The notes beneath the pieces were generated by a model. It saw only the letters and a program-made list of their open reading frames with translations, was not told the DNA's origin and made no database searches. Both the position numbers and the translations under genes were made by a program. Positions 11,861 to 24,249 of a DNA stretch of 49,336 bases are shown here, piece by piece. Source of the stretch: Catajapyx aquilonaris (lineage: Eukaryota); the NCBI GenBank assembly GCA_000934665.2, contig KZ539149.1:1-49336 (forward strand), given 5' to 3'. Numbering within the stretch: position 1 is the stretch's first letter; the number at the start of each line of letters is the position of its first letter.

Positions 11861-12532
11861 GTGGTTGCTAACAGTGGTGGATCCAGCTCTCCTGTGCCAC
11901 CGGGCAGTGACCGTCAGATTGGAGCCATACTTGAAACAGCATTGCAACGTGCTCCAATATTACATATACGTCGTGGAAAACTACCTGCTGCCATACAGCG
12001 CTATCGCACCATGTTACGGGCCGTTGAATCAACTGCTACTCAGACGCTACGTTTGACCCTGATACGCCAACTAGCTGAGGTGTTGTTGCGGGGTGTAGGT
12101 GATGTTGCATACCAGCCGCCTGATGCCAGCGATGGCACACGTCCAACACCCTCAGAGTCTCCATGGAAGCCACGCCGGTATGCTGGTGCCAATCAGTTCA
12201 TTCCACGTAACCGTTATGAAGAAGTTGTGCTGTTGCTGGTCGTTAGTGAAGCCATGGCAGTGCGAGATGCAGTTTTGAGCCAGTCTGCAGAGTTCAAGGA
12301 ACTGCGTGGACATGCATTTGACAATGCGACTGCAGTTTATGATCTTCTGGCAATTGCACTAACAGAGTGGGGACAAGCATCAGCTCTGTGTGAATCATTT
12401 GAGCGTGCACTCAAGTTTAGCTTTGAAGAGCCACATGTTTGGTTGCAGTTTGGGATGAGTCTAGCTTGTGCACGTCAGTATCGAAGAGCCATTGAGGTGC
12501 TGTCAGAGGCACATCTGTTGTCACCACAAAAA
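11861..12532 (+). CDS. TTC7: TTC7 exon 3
   Basis: Acceptor tttgaaacag|; encodes ILETALQRAP...LAEVLLRG...YEEVVLLLVVSEAM...ERALKFSFEEPHVWLQF; donor AAA|gtaagc. Confidence 0.93.
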
Positions 12533-12686
12533 GTAAGCAATGCATATTTCTATGTGTTAGTAAAGAAAATAAGAAGAAAATAACATCTGGGAGACAGTGT
12601 GATGTCATGTAAGAAATTGAACACCTTTATGAATAACATGAACTTTTGTTACACTCATTTACTCACTTATTACTCTCTATGTTCAG

Positions 12687-13469
12687 GTACTGCCCTCTCT
12701 CATGGCTGCAAGGATATGTTACGAGCATTTGCAAGAGGCAGACATTGGACTGGAATGGACTTCACGTGCACTTGAACGCTCAGATCCAAACCTGCAAGGG
12801 CGTTGCTACCTCTACCTGGGCATCGGATACCTCCTCAAAGCATACCAGACGCACATAAAATCACAGAACCAAGCTTTGAAGCAGAAGGCACTTGATGCCT
12901 TCAAAAAATCTCAACAATTAGATGCAGGCGACCACCTTCCAGAGTATTATCTAGCTTTGCATTACGCTGAATTGCGACAATTGAATGAGGCTGTAAGCCA
13001 TGTCAAGTGTGCACTAAGCTTACTTAGCGAGCATCTTCCATCACTCCACCTGCTGGCGCTGTTGTTGTCAGCCCAGAAGCAATACCAGGAGAGCCTGGCA
13101 CTTGTTGAGGCAGCACTCCAGGAATATCCTGACTCACTCCCATTGCTGTATGTAAAGGCACACCTAGAGGAGCGTGTGCTTGGAGGCGAGACAGCCTTGT
13201 TGACAGCCAAGAGAATGCTGGTGTTATGGAAGAGTGAGTATGAATCAGAGACTGGAGGTGACAGAGCAGAAGAGTCATATCGTCAATCAGACAACAGGAG
13301 CCTCTTTCATGCTATCGATGTTGGAGGGGGTGGAGGTCAAGGATCAGCTGGAGGTGAAAGGGATTCGGTGGCAGCGAGTGCCAGGATGGAAGCGGCTATG
13401 TCAGAGGTTGCATCCAGTCTCAGCTCATACCAGCCCAGGCCTGGGCCTCTCAGAGCTTGGATGTTACAG
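12687..13469 (+). CDS. TTC7: TTC7 exon 4
   Basis: Acceptor ctatgttcag|; TPR repeats (YYLALHYAELRQL, LHLLALLLSAQKQY, ALQEYPDS), ends GPLRAWMLQ; donor CAG|gttaga. Confidence 0.93.
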
Positions 13470-13693
13470 GTTAGAGAGCTGTTGCCATGGATTCAGTAGG
13501 TGGGGGGTGTGAAGTTTTGTGATGTCATGAAACTATTTGGCATCAAGTGCTGAAGTTGCATTTTTCTGATATTGTGCTGTGTTTTTGATACACAAATTTG
13601 GTCCAGTGGCTTGGCTTTGAATCCAACCTGCTGTATGTGAAGATTCTTGTCTCTTAAGTGATATTAACAGTTGAGTAATTCCTTTCAATTCAG

Positions 13694-14143
13694 ATACAGA
13701 TTTGGCTTCTTACTGCGGAGCTCTACCTCCACATGGACCAGCCACATGAAGCAAATTCCTGCCTCAACGAAGCAGCATCAATATTCCCGATGTCCCATCA
13801 CATTGTCTACATGCGTGGGCTTATTCATGAGCATAAGAGGGAGTTCCAGGAGGCCAAAACCTTCTTCCAGAATTCCATCTCTCTCAACCCAACACATGTT
13901 AAGAGCTTGCAGCACCTGGCCCTTGTCCTTCACTACCTGGGAAGCCACAGATTAGCTGAGAAGATATTACGGGATGCAGCCAGATTGGAGCCAATGAGCT
14001 ACCAGACCTGGTACACCATGGGGAAGGTGTTAGAAGCATTGGGGCAGTATGAAGATGCATCGGAATGCATGGCAACTGCACTGGAGATTGAAACCTGCAG
14101 CCCCATATTGCCCTTCTCATCCATTCCAGTCTGCTTCGAGTAG
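13694..14143 (+). CDS. TTC7: TTC7 exon 5 (terminal, TAG stop)
   Basis: Acceptor tttcaattcag|; encodes IQIWLLTAELY...HRLAEKILRDAA...SPILPFSSIPVCFE*. The five exons sum to 2511 nt, i.e. 836 aa plus stop, in frame. Confidence 0.93.
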   Translation: MQIWLLTAELYLHMDQPHEANSCLNEAASIFPMSHHIVYMRGLIHEHKREFQEAKTFFQNSISLNPTHVKSLQHLALVLHYLGSHRLAEKILRDAARLEPMSYQTWYTMGKVLEALGQYEDASECMATALEIETCSPILPFSSIPVCFE

Positions 14144-14444
14144 TACTGTTGTGTTTGAGTCTTTGATGGCACGTTGTGTATATTATGTAACAATGTTGTC
14201 TATAAAGAGTGTTGGTGATCATTAGTAAGTGGGAAATTCCATGACAGAGCAGCCCAAGTGGAGGACTCTCCGTTTTAAAAATTAAATTTTACATTACTTG
14301 AATTTTGGTTATCTTGTAGAGCTGCATGAATAAGGCTGTGATATATTTAGTTCAGGGCTGAGGTCACTCTTACGATACAACATGATCAGTGTGGGTCAGT
14401 CTCGTATCGTTACCAGCCTTGTATTCCACTCCACATTAATAATA

Positions 14445-15007
14445 CAGTAAAACTTCTATAAGTTGAATCTCTATGGGACCGGGAAAAAACTTCGAGATAC
14501 AGAAGATTCGAGTTAGAGAAGTTTGGCAATTTTTAAGCACATACCTTTATATCCAGCAATGAAAGGTGTTCAAAACCTAAAAATTACTGTCACTATCACA
14601 CTTACAATGTTCCTCGCTGTTTTGTTGTAAAAAAAAAATCATTTGCCTACTCTTACGTTAGATTCAAGGATTCAATTGTCACAATCAAGTCAAGCACTTC
14701 TTTCGGTACGTCTGGTAGATGGAGATCAGGAAATCAAGCCTTTCTGTACATGTGGCCTACTCTCAACCCTTCGGCTGGGAAATGAGAAAATTTTCCGTAC
14801 TCGCCAACATGAACTTCGACCTAGGGAGACTGAAAATGCATTGATATCCCATCGTAAGGCCCTGCCAGCACTTCGAGTTATGGAGAACTTCGAGTTATAG
14901 AAATTCGAGTTAGGGAAGTTTATTTCCTATTATTTTACAATGTACATACCAACCAAGCTCATCATTTTCTTCGACTTAGGGAAGTTCGACTTATGGAAGT
15001 TTTACTG
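14445..15007. mobile_element. Tigger/pogo-like MITE downstream of the TTC7 stop
   Basis: TA-CAGTAAAACTTCTATAAGT ... ACTTATGGAAGTTTTACTG-TA; TTCGAGTTA subterminal repeats. Confidence 0.85.
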
Positions 15008-15606
15008 TATTAGCATTTGAAGGACAAGGTAGCCTGCAGTTTCATTAAATGGCTAGATGCAGGCTAATAATGCCATATACTGCAGTTGCCTGAAGTATAG
15101 TCTCTCTCTTCAGTCCCATGAACTTTGTCCCAATAATGTGACTATTGATAAATGCTACTACCATAAGAATATTGAAATTTCAGTGTCAGAAAAGCGTAAC
15201 AAATGTATCGTCTGGGCATGGGAATTTGTTTCAAACTTGACAAAATCATTACATGGCAGGAAGCTGGGAGAGCCATGACTCCTGTGTTTGAGATATTTTT
15301 TTTATCTTCAAGAAAATATTCTACCTCTGAAAATGTTATCTGCACTTTATGATGAATTTTTCTTCCAATATTATCCAATGTACATTTTCACATAATTTTA
15401 TGCCTTGTCCTTTTTTTTTAGGTCGATGGTTACATTGCTTGATCTCTCATCAAGTAGGTATAATTGCCTTCCAAAATTGACTGAATTACATCACATCAAG
15501 AGCTATTATTAGCTCTTGGTAGCATACATAAGGCCAAAAAGTCCCGCGTCAATGGGCAAATCCAATAAGAAATCATTCCACGGGTAAAACCTACAATAGC
15601 CTACAT

Positions 15607-15936
15607 TTCCACAAATGTCAAAACATAACTGTAAGCATGTTTTCACTAATGCAGGACACCATGTCTGGGAAATGGTGCGATACTCTGCAGCAATAGTTCA
15701 CACAGAGGGTGCATGTCCCTATCTTCACAGTGTACTAGCAGTCCACCAAGAATTGTCGCAGCGGCAGCGCACGAACTACAGTTACAAGCACTTCCGGGGG
15801 GAGAAGTAAATGGAGAAGTGCTCGTAGACTGTAGTTCGTGCGCTGCCGCTGCAACAATTCTTGGTGGACTGATAGTACACTTTGGATTTCAGAACATGAA
15901 AACATGCCTACAATTATGTGTTGACATTGGTGGGAA
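15607..15936. mobile_element. Fold-back MITE, superfamily unclear
   Basis: Arms GTCCACCAAGAATTGTCGCAGCGGCAGCGCACGAACTACAGT / ACTGTAGTTCGTGCGCTGCCGCTGCAACAATTCTTGGTGGAC, plus outer arms. Confidence 0.65.
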
Positions 15937-17562
15937 CCACATTGAAAAAGATATTGTAGTTTTTACCCATGAAATAATTTTTTATTGTGTAGCTGAAATG
16001 ATTTTATTGTCATTCTTAGATTTCTCTAACCTGGTGACCAGCTACAGATCAGAGGATAATATTACTGTGAGTTTTGAGTATGTATCTATTAGCTTTTCAT
16101 AAGAATACAAATGTTGTATGATTAAATTTAATTAATACCGGTTGATTTGTCATGGAATTGCCCAATTTGTTAATTTCATTTCCCCACACAATTAGCATTA
16201 TTTAACATCAATCATTTCTATATGGTTTGAAACATATTACAGGTAACATTTGCTGAGAACTTCGTAAAAAAAAAAAAAAAAAACTCTGGTTGAAAAGTAG
16301 CACTGGGGATAATGGAGGAGGGGAAGGAGCAAGTTGAGTCGACTATGTACGAGTATAAGAACCTTGACTACAAGCAACCTTTGGTTATAGCCAACTCAAA
16401 AGGCTGGTCCTGGCATACTTTCATATTATATGGCCTGTGCATTTAGATATAGGAAATCTTGCTTATAGGATACTGATTTATGCAGTCCCTTGAAGTCTCT
16501 CATATCTGGAGTCTACTGTAGGAGAAACCGAGGCATGTTGGCTACCGGAGTAAGGTGGCACAGTCAATTTGTGAAGCGACTATTAGGTTCACAAACCTGA
16601 TGCTTATGTGGTGGGTGCAGGTAGACATGCTCCACATTACATCCTATTTTAAAGTCAATTGCAAAAGACTGTCGGCAGAAGTAGGCTACCGATTTTTCCA
16701 GTTTTTGACCATGCAAGTGAGTTTCTATTTTTCATTCGTTTTTCTTTTTTTCTTCCAATGGAAGCACAAGTCACTGAGCCCAATAATGAGTTTGCAAGGC
16801 TGAATATCTGCCTACAAAATGATAAAATAACTGGCCATTTAATATTTGTCACTCATGAGTGGGAGGACTCGAAAGGCAAAAAAAAAAAAATGCCTACGGG
16901 GCAAGTTGGCACATTTCGCTTGGGGCAGGTTGGCACATGTGCCTACCAGCCTTGATAGAACAGGGTGATCTCTACTGCTTCTTCCCTGTCTCCCAGTTGC
17001 TGGCTACTTGCTCCTTAGCTAGAGGGATGCTATGTTAGCTCACAAGAGCCCAGTGATGGTTGGCAGGTGGTGTAATACGCACATTGTACAATTATTAATA
17101 AGGTTGCAAATCATAATGAAAGGTTAAATGCTTTTCCTGTGACATATGGGTACGTGCTCACTGCAACTGGGCTCAAGGTCTCCACTGTACATCTGCCATA
17201 ATTGCTATTTTAGTGATGAATAACTGTCTGATTGCAAATAACAACATCGTAATGTAGAAACAATTCCCTTCCTATAACTATAGTGAGACCTTTGTATAGC
17301 GAACTTGCGTGGGACCCAAAAATTATTATTTTCGTAATGGATGGGTTTCAGCACGGTATTTGCCATATTGTCGCCTGAGTATTATTTTGTCGTAAGTGCG
17401 TGAAAGTCAATTTTACACGAGAGCACTTTGAAAGTTTGACTCCTTAAATCTCAGTGAAAGCAGAGCAAATAGGGACAGTGAGTGCATGAAAGTAACAAAC
17501 TGGAGAATGAGCTTACTCGACTGCAATAATTCCATAATGGCTTAATAAATACACTTAATATA

Positions 17563-17834
17563 GGGAGGCATGGTGATCTGGTGGTTACGCCACTGGCCAA
17601 CCAAGCGGGAGGCTGGGGTTCAAATGCCGCCCCCGTCACCTCTGCTTGGCCGGGTCTTTTTCCGCTTTTCACCCGACATGCCGGGGCAGAATTGCACTCC
17701 CTACTCTGCCCAGGGCCAGGAGAAAAGGCCTGATGTTTAAAGAATGTCAGAAATGACTACCACACAGCGCCCTCCCTTGGGAACCTCCCCTTCCCCCCTA
17801 AAAGGGCTCCACACTATCACGGGGTAAATGTCAA

Positions 17835-17880
<46 letters not shown>
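17563..17880 (+). mobile_element. tRNA-derived SINE, family A, with (AAT)n tail
   Basis: Highly similar to the reverse complement of 2814-3104; B box GGTTCAAATGC. Confidence 0.85.
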
Positions 17881-17883
<3 letters not shown>

Positions 17884-17923
17884 CATTTGCACATATGAAA
17901 ATATCTTACACTCTTTCACCGAA

Positions 17924-18100
17924 GCAAGTTGGTGTGGTGGTTAAGGAGCCCGACTGCTAGTCGGGAGGTCCTGGGCTCGAATCCCGGGGCCGGCAACCCT
18001 GACTGTGGTTTTCCACGGTCTCCCCAGGACTATTCCAGGGTTGTTTCCGTATAATAGGCCACAGCCGCCTCCTTCCTTCCATTAAACCATTCAAACCATT
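17924..18100 (+). mobile_element. tRNA-derived SINE, family B
   Basis: A box TGGTGTGGTGG; arm CCCGA-CTGCTAG-TCGGG; B box GGCTCGAATCC; body GGTTTTCCACGGTCTCCCC; short repeat tail. Confidence 0.7.
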
Positions 18101-18202
18101 AAAAGAGCAATTTTAAAATGCTCATTTAATGGTTTGCGGTTTACAGTGTAGGCAACACAAACTACGAAATAAACAAGGAATTGTGGTGTACAAAGGTGCC
18201 TT

Positions 18203-18208
18203 TTTATT
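18203..18208 (-). terminator. Candidate NSA2 polyadenylation signal AATAAA
   Basis: TTTATT on + strand, 11 nt beyond the stop codon, followed on the - strand by a GT/T-rich downstream element. Confidence 0.6.
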
Positions 18209-18219
18209 TTCACAACACT

Positions 18220-19011
18220 CTACACGAGCAGCACAGCGTTAATACACCCATCATTCTCTGGGTTGTTTGTAACTTGTGCATATTTACCCCAGACCACTTT
18301 GCCACCTTGTGTAACAAGTCCAAGTTCACTGACATTGACTTCTAAGATCGTTCCTTTAGTCACCACACCCAATGAAGTAAACATGGTTGAACTTGGGTTT
18401 CGCTTCACTCCGATTATAGGCAGGCAAAAGGTGGCTTTCAATTCTGGGTGAGTCACATGTGCCTTTTTGAACCTAAGTGCCATGGGTCTGACAAAGCGCT
18501 CAAATTTGGGTGGCTTGCGCGTGAAAGCCTCACCAACAAACGTGACCTTTGTGACCATCCGCTTCCATGCCTTGCGCCTCGTCTTTCCAGTACGAAGTAC
18601 CTTAAAGACCTCTGCTTCTGCAGCAGCCTTAACTTTTGGAAGTGGAACTTCCCATTTGCCAGCCTTCTCCTTCCGCTTCTGCTTCACTGAGTTTGAGAGG
18701 ATCTTAGCTCGGGATTGCTGTTCACGGTCCAACAGGTAAGCTGGCACAGCTCCTGACCCATGTGCCTGCTCCTCATCTTTCTTCCTCTTGCCAGCCAGCT
18801 TCTCCTCATGTGCCTTGATAGTCTTCTTCATCTGGACCTTCTCAGCATGTCTCTTCCGGTTGTACAGTTTGGCCTTGATGCCCTGCAACTTCCGAGCCTT
18901 CTCTGCTCTTTCATGGCCCTCTCGAGCTTCCTTCTTCCTCTTCCTTTCAGCATAATCCAGGCGGCGACCATACCGCTTCCGGTGCAACTCCATATACTCG
19001 TTCTGTGGCAT
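18220..19011 (-). CDS. NSA2: Ribosome biogenesis protein NSA2 homolog (263 aa, intronless CDS)
   Basis: [15 protein letters not shown]...[14 protein letters not shown]...[23 protein letters not shown] closely matches the highly conserved NSA2 family. Confidence 0.97.
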   Translation of the reverse strand: MPQNEYMELHRKRYGRRLDYAERKRKKEAREGHERAEKARKLQGIKAKLYNRKRHAEKVQMKKTIKAHEEKLAGKRKKDEEQAHGSGAVPAYLLDREQQSRAKILSNSVKQKRKEKAGKWEVPLPKVKAAAEAEVFKVLRTGKTRRKAWKRMVTKVTFVGEAFTRKPPKFERFVRPMALRFKKAHVTHPELKATFCLPIIGVKRNPSSTMFTSLGVVTKGTILEVNVSELGLVTQGGKVVWGKYAQVTNNPENDGCINAVLLV

Positions 19012-19763
19012 GGCTGGTTCAGTGTATTACAGGCTAGAAAGAGCAATGGAAAGGGGGTATGATTATCTAGCTACACATAAAATGCACCATCATTTCCATG
19101 TTCCCCAGCTACCCTTAATATACACCAAAATGCATACAGCTGCTGGCTACTACACTGCTATGCAGGCCCATTGGAATGTCTTTCATTGGCACTGGAACCT
19201 AAATATGGAATGATACCCACTCCTCCCACTTATGCTGACTATAGGCACTAGGTCAATGTGCAAATGTCATATTCATAAAATATCAATGAAATACAAAACA
19301 AAATAAAGCTAGTAACTGCTAGAAATCAGATACTACTTAGGCACAAAATATGGAAAACAGTTAAGGTATAATGCGATTTTGATGACAAAGAAGCAGATGA
19401 AAACTGCTGAACTAGAAGCAGCAAAATGCAGGTCTTCAAGTATGTTGAATTTTATGAAAGTTGGACAGGCTGTTGACATTGCCCATATCTACCTGCCACA
19501 TACAGTATTCCAAATGTGGTTACATCCTCCTGAGACCTGATGTCGACATTTTTTTGTTTAAATTATTTATTTATTTCACCCCGTGATACAACTGTAAGTT
19601 GCTATAGGGGGGTGGCATACTACCATCAGTTTTCTAGTATTTTTTATACTTTTTTCTTCATTCTCCGTGCAGGGAAGTAAGGAAATGGGGGTAAGGATAT
19701 GGATTTTTGAGGCGGGGTCACAGGTGCAAGTGCACTGTCGGAAATGGGTCATGTGCAGTCCCC

Positions 19764-19930
19764 TACTATCCGTTTATTTAATATAGAGCCCTGTGTTTGA
19801 CTCTAAATAACTCCCAGGCAAATTATCCAAAAAAATAAAGTTATATATCGTTCGAAAGCTTGTTAAAATCCACGTTACATATATGTGAGTTTGTTTCCTA
19901 TCGTCAGTCTCTAATTTTTTATCGTAAAAA
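19764..19930 (+). repeat. Dispersed repeat shared with 41158-41320
   Basis: TACTATC.GTTTATTTAAT.TAGAGCCCTGTGTTTGACTC...GTTCGAAAGCTTGTT present at both loci. Confidence 0.7.
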
Positions 19931-20769
19931 TAAGGCGGAAAAGTGTCATTTTTTGACTAGTTGCCAACATTGCACCACAAAGTGAATTTTTTATGACACT
20001 TTCAGGAGGCCAAAAAAATCCACCTGTGAACCCTAGATAGTGCACATCTTTGTCTATCTAATGATATATTTGAAACATTGAGATCACCATTTCTGTAATC
20101 ATAATTAAGTTAATTGCACATCTCTGTTATCTCGGCCATTTATAATCCGAATTACTTCGCGAATGTATCGATGGCAAGCCAGAAATGTGCGTGATAAGAT
20201 TACATTGTGCTCTATTACACTAAAAATGCTCCCTTGTAGAGTGAGAAGCGTGGTGGCAACCAGAGTGCGGAATCTGATAATCATAATGCACTTACGCAAT
20301 CAATTTTGCCTACTGGTATCACTACTGGATCCAGCGAGTTTAGTATGGTAGTATGTTCCATGCGTGATTCCATTGCAGATATACTAGCGCCAATGTAGGA
20401 AGGGTTAACGGCATGCAAGATGGCGGTGAGTGTCCCCGACCTATTCTTCTAAGACTGTGGGCGGGGCTGCTCTGGCCGTGTGTTGCAGATTTGTTCACCA
20501 CCACAGACACGCTACCAGCTGGCCGCAAGAAACATCGCATCTCGTGTGAAAGGCTTCAAATGTTTCAATGCAAACACGTGGCGGCGCAGCCAGCCCCGAA
20601 AATTTCTGGTTGCGTGATCAAGGATGCAGCCACCACCATATGTGAAAGGCTCCATTTGCAGCAATGCAAAGACCTGGTGGTCTCGTGTGAAAGAGGCCTA
20701 AGGCAAGTAGTCATCTGCAGTGTCATGTGTAAGGGACCACTGTCCCTCTTGCTATTCAAGTCTGTTATA

Positions 20770-21192
20770 CAGGGTGTATCTGAACTCAGTGCCCCGACGT
20801 ATATGACTGCCTTCCTAGCCACCAGAGGATCGATTTAAGTATAGGAATCATTATGTCTGGCCGCCGCATTACGGAGATAATTGGCCGCAAACATGTAGTA
20901 CAAAATATCCTGTCGGTTAGGCCACCCATCGAACCCTCCCCCAGTCAGAAGGCTCTGGAAGGTCTGGGGGCCGGACTTTCTTGGTTTGTTGCCCACAGGT
21001 GGTAAGGCCTCTTTGGCTAGTTACACCAGAAAATTCTATTTAAAAGTCAGAAGGAGCGATTAGGCAAAAATCGCTAAAGAGTGTATCTCAGTAATGAGGC
21101 TGCCCAGACATATGACTCCTATACTTAAATCGATCCTCTGGTGGCTAGGAAGGCAGTCATATACGTAGGGCACTGAGTTCAGATACACCCTG
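20770..21192. mobile_element. Young Tc1/mariner-type MITE in the predicted NSA2 5'-UTR intron
   Basis: TA-CAGGGTGTATCTGAACTCAGTGCCC ... GGGCACTGAGTTCAGATACACCCTG-TA; near-perfect TIRs of about 90 bp. Confidence 0.9.
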
Positions 21193-21605
21193 TATATACC
21201 CTTACAGTAGCGATGTTACAAGACATGATGTGGAGGAGTATGCTAGCAGGAGGATTCCTTATCCTATAGTCTCTTTCTTGGAATGTGGACATACTGTTCC
21301 TGTCCCTCCACTTGACACTTTGGCACCTTGTATGGCCACAGCCATCTTTCCTTGCTGCCAAGGCAATCAACCAGCTCCATTTTGCATAGTATTGGTTGTA
21401 ACCCCCCAAATCATTGCTTTAGTATGACCATGCCTATGCACGAACACTAGATATAACTGAATTCTGGGTATGGGCAGGGGCAGTAGAATGTTAGAGCTAC
21501 CCTGCTGTGGTGCAATCACATTATAATCATACTTATAACTTAGAATAAGAACACTGTCTTATACTTGGTCTTATAGCATGTGGTAGTTCATAACTATTTG
21601 CTCAC

Positions 21606-21790
21606 CTCTTCCCAAAGGTACTCGGGTGGCTTAATTCGGGTGGACAGTGACGAAATCTGCTACCCGGTAGTTAGGTCGGCGATGCTACAGCGAACCACCA
21701 TAGACCTGGAGTCCGCTCTAACTCCTCCGTGAACTCCTCTTAGGCCGTGCGGGCAGCGTGCACACCGTACCGTCCGTCCTTCCCGTGTCT
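21606..21790 (-). other. NSA2: Probable non-coding first exon (5' UTR) of NSA2; intron about 19034-21605; upstream edge approximate
   Basis: Strong donor GAG|gtgagc at 21605. Acceptor ctctttctag| at 19034 lies 22 nt upstream of the ATG. The exon is GC-rich and abuts a promoter motif cluster. Confidence 0.6.
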
Positions 21791-21895
21791 CACGCCACCA
21801 GAGGGCAGTGGGTACTTCCGCTCAACACGGGGCAGGGTGGCAGGTGGTTACACGGTCGTGCACGGTCACTGTACATATCCGTGCGCATGCGCTTG
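21790..21895. promoter_or_regulatory. Probable NSA2 promoter with CTCF-like, ETS and NRF1/Ewg motifs
   Basis: CGCCACCAGAGGGCAGTG 21793-21810; ACTTCCG 21814-21820; TGCGCATGCGC 21882-21892; CpG-rich. Confidence 0.6.
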
Positions 21896-22358
21896 ATGAG
21901 CATCTTGCACGGTGATGGGTTAGAAATAGACCGACGTGCCCAATAGGATTCTGCGCAAGTTATGTAAATTGTATCTGGCACAGTTACCAGCACACTGGCA
22001 CAGTGATGACCGGTGATTCATGATGACACACCGATGAATGATTGCTGGCGGTTTCTTTCAAAGAGGGATTTGTAGCGTGGTATAGCATAGTAGCATTATT
22101 GCATTGGCATGTTTGTAAAAACTATGATAAGATGCGAGAGTATCTTTTGGACATGTTTTCGGACGTAGTACTGTCATTGAATTATTATTATTATTTACTC
22201 TCTCCGGGAATCCGCTGGGGCTTAAAGGATAATCAGAATGTTGTCTGGAGGACTGGAGGTAGGGAAAACTTTTGAGAAGATCCAAGCTTCAAATGATCAG
22301 CTCTGCCAGCATGAGCAGACACGTGTCTGCATAGTCTGCTCAAGGTCTGCTACATTAT

Positions 22359-22655
22359 TATAGATAGCTCAGCAACAACCTTCAGCGTTAGAAATTCCTA
22401 AATACACCTACTAAGTTATACTAGCAAGTCTCAAATGACGAACATATGCCCTCTACATAAAATGACCTTCAATTCATATTTTCAAAATAGTGGTGGTCAA
22501 TAACAGGAGTATAGATAGCTCAGCAACAACCTGCGGCACTATACTAATTCCCAAATGCACTTACTATGTAGATGTCCCAAATGATGAACATGTCCTCTAT
22601 GTGAAATTATCTGCAGTTCATGTTTTCAAGGTAGCGGTCTTCAATAATTTATAAG
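22359..22655 (+). repeat. Diverged tandem pair of ~150-bp units
   Basis: TATAGATAGCTCAGCAACAACCT begins at 22359 and again at 22510. Confidence 0.75.
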
Positions 22656-23952
22656 CAAATACAGTATAGCCTAGGCCTATAGCCGATAGCCTCTAATTTG
22701 CAACATATTGCTCATTGCTTTACAAAAACTGCTCAAATATGTCAAAAAAAAAACGGGAGATGCAATAATGATCTTATGAATGAAAGAGTAGAAGAGGCTC
22801 ATTTTTTTTTGAAGTCATGAATGCGAGAGTAATGAGGAATCCAAACATAACTACTATCATGTGGTCTTTTTTTTTTTACCCCAGATGCACCCCACTGTGA
22901 TTATAGCTGTTTTTTGAGGGCCCTGAATTCCCCCCATATTCAAAGACATTAACACATAGGAAAAGATATGTTTGAGGAATTCACAAAGGCATTTGGCTGT
23001 TAATTAATCAGTAACTTGACACTGTTAATTCTCGTAAGCTTGGGGTCAAAAAAGACCCCATGACACTAGTTAAGGGCTAATACCTGTATGAGGATACTGC
23101 ATGAGAATATATAGTCTTTGAAAAGTTGTGTCATACTCTGTCCCGACCTTTGGGCAGATCCCATATTCGCCACTTGATCTGAATGCCACCTACTCCATAA
23201 ATAAATAATAGCAATCCAGGTAGTATACTAGACCTCATTGTGATGCATGCAGCAATGACTTTTGTTTATCCAGATGAAAGAGGGGAATGTCCAAGCTTGG
23301 GAGCGAACCCAAGACCATTCCATCCATGGGTGTGTACGTTAAGGAATGTTGTGCTGACAGTGAGTCTGCAGTCGCACTCTGCCTCCCCTACATGGTGGTG
23401 TAAGTGACTAATGTCACAGCCATCCACCTCTCAGGTCCCACATTCAATCCCTGCGCCAGTCCGAGGATTGTGATGTGGGTAAAGTTTTGACAGGTTCTGT
23501 CCATGTTTGCATGGATTTACCTTTTTCTTCCCACTGTCCCTCACCCCCTCCTCATGCAGATAATTTGTATTAGTTGCTTTGTCTCCCCCAGTAAATAAAA
23601 TCAAACTAAACCAGATCACCCACTGTAATAACTGAGAGTAATGTAAGCAGTTGTCAAGCCTTGCATATGATAGTCTCCAAGGTGCTGTACCTTCTATCAA
23701 ATGCATGGCGTGACAACTCTTTGTCTCTCTGAGCATAATATTGCCCCGAGTTCTTGTGGTTGGTGGTTTCTGCCTTGAGTCTAGGGGCAGAGAATAGTAA
23801 CAGCAGTGTTCCCTTCGGCATCCATACACAATATCAACATAAAATGTGGCTGATTCTGAATCTTTGCATGACATTTTTCTGTAATGACTTGAGTTGTGTT
23901 TGATAAATAATGATATAAAAGACAATGAGACATATTATGAAAGTCAGTAATG

Positions 23953-24249
23953 AAGTGCTTCTCAATCTTTTTTGTTGGCGACCCCAAAATTTGCGACCCC
24001 CACTTCCAATTCAACCCTATATCTACCCCCCCTCAGTGGTAGTCAATGACTATATCATCAAGAGCTAGTTATTAGCTCTTGCTATCATCAATAAATTAAT
24101 ATATCGTTTCATTGACGGGTATATTTTTTTCAGAGAGATAAACCCGGATAAATAATTTCATTAAAATAATTTGTTACCCTCCCTTGCTACCCCAAATATT
24201 ATCTTCGCGACCCCAAATGGGGTCGCGATCCACAGTTTTGGAAGCACTG
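23953..24249. mobile_element. hAT-like MITE (degenerate)
   Basis: AAGTGCTTCTCAA ... TTGGAAGCACTG ends; GCGACCCC subterminal motifs. Confidence 0.6.

Noticed and set aside
17924..17996. tRNA-Ser(GCT) gene
   Set aside because: No paired acceptor stem, no long variable arm, no oligo-T terminator, and it continues into a SINE-like body.
20413..20838. 141-aa ORF with repeated CERL..QCK
   Set aside because: Arises from short degenerate DNA repeats and runs into a MITE; no recognisable domain.
22003..22045. Box C/D snoRNA suggested by repeated TGATGA
   Set aside because: No CTGA box D with a terminal stem at a suitable distance, and no host intron on this strand.
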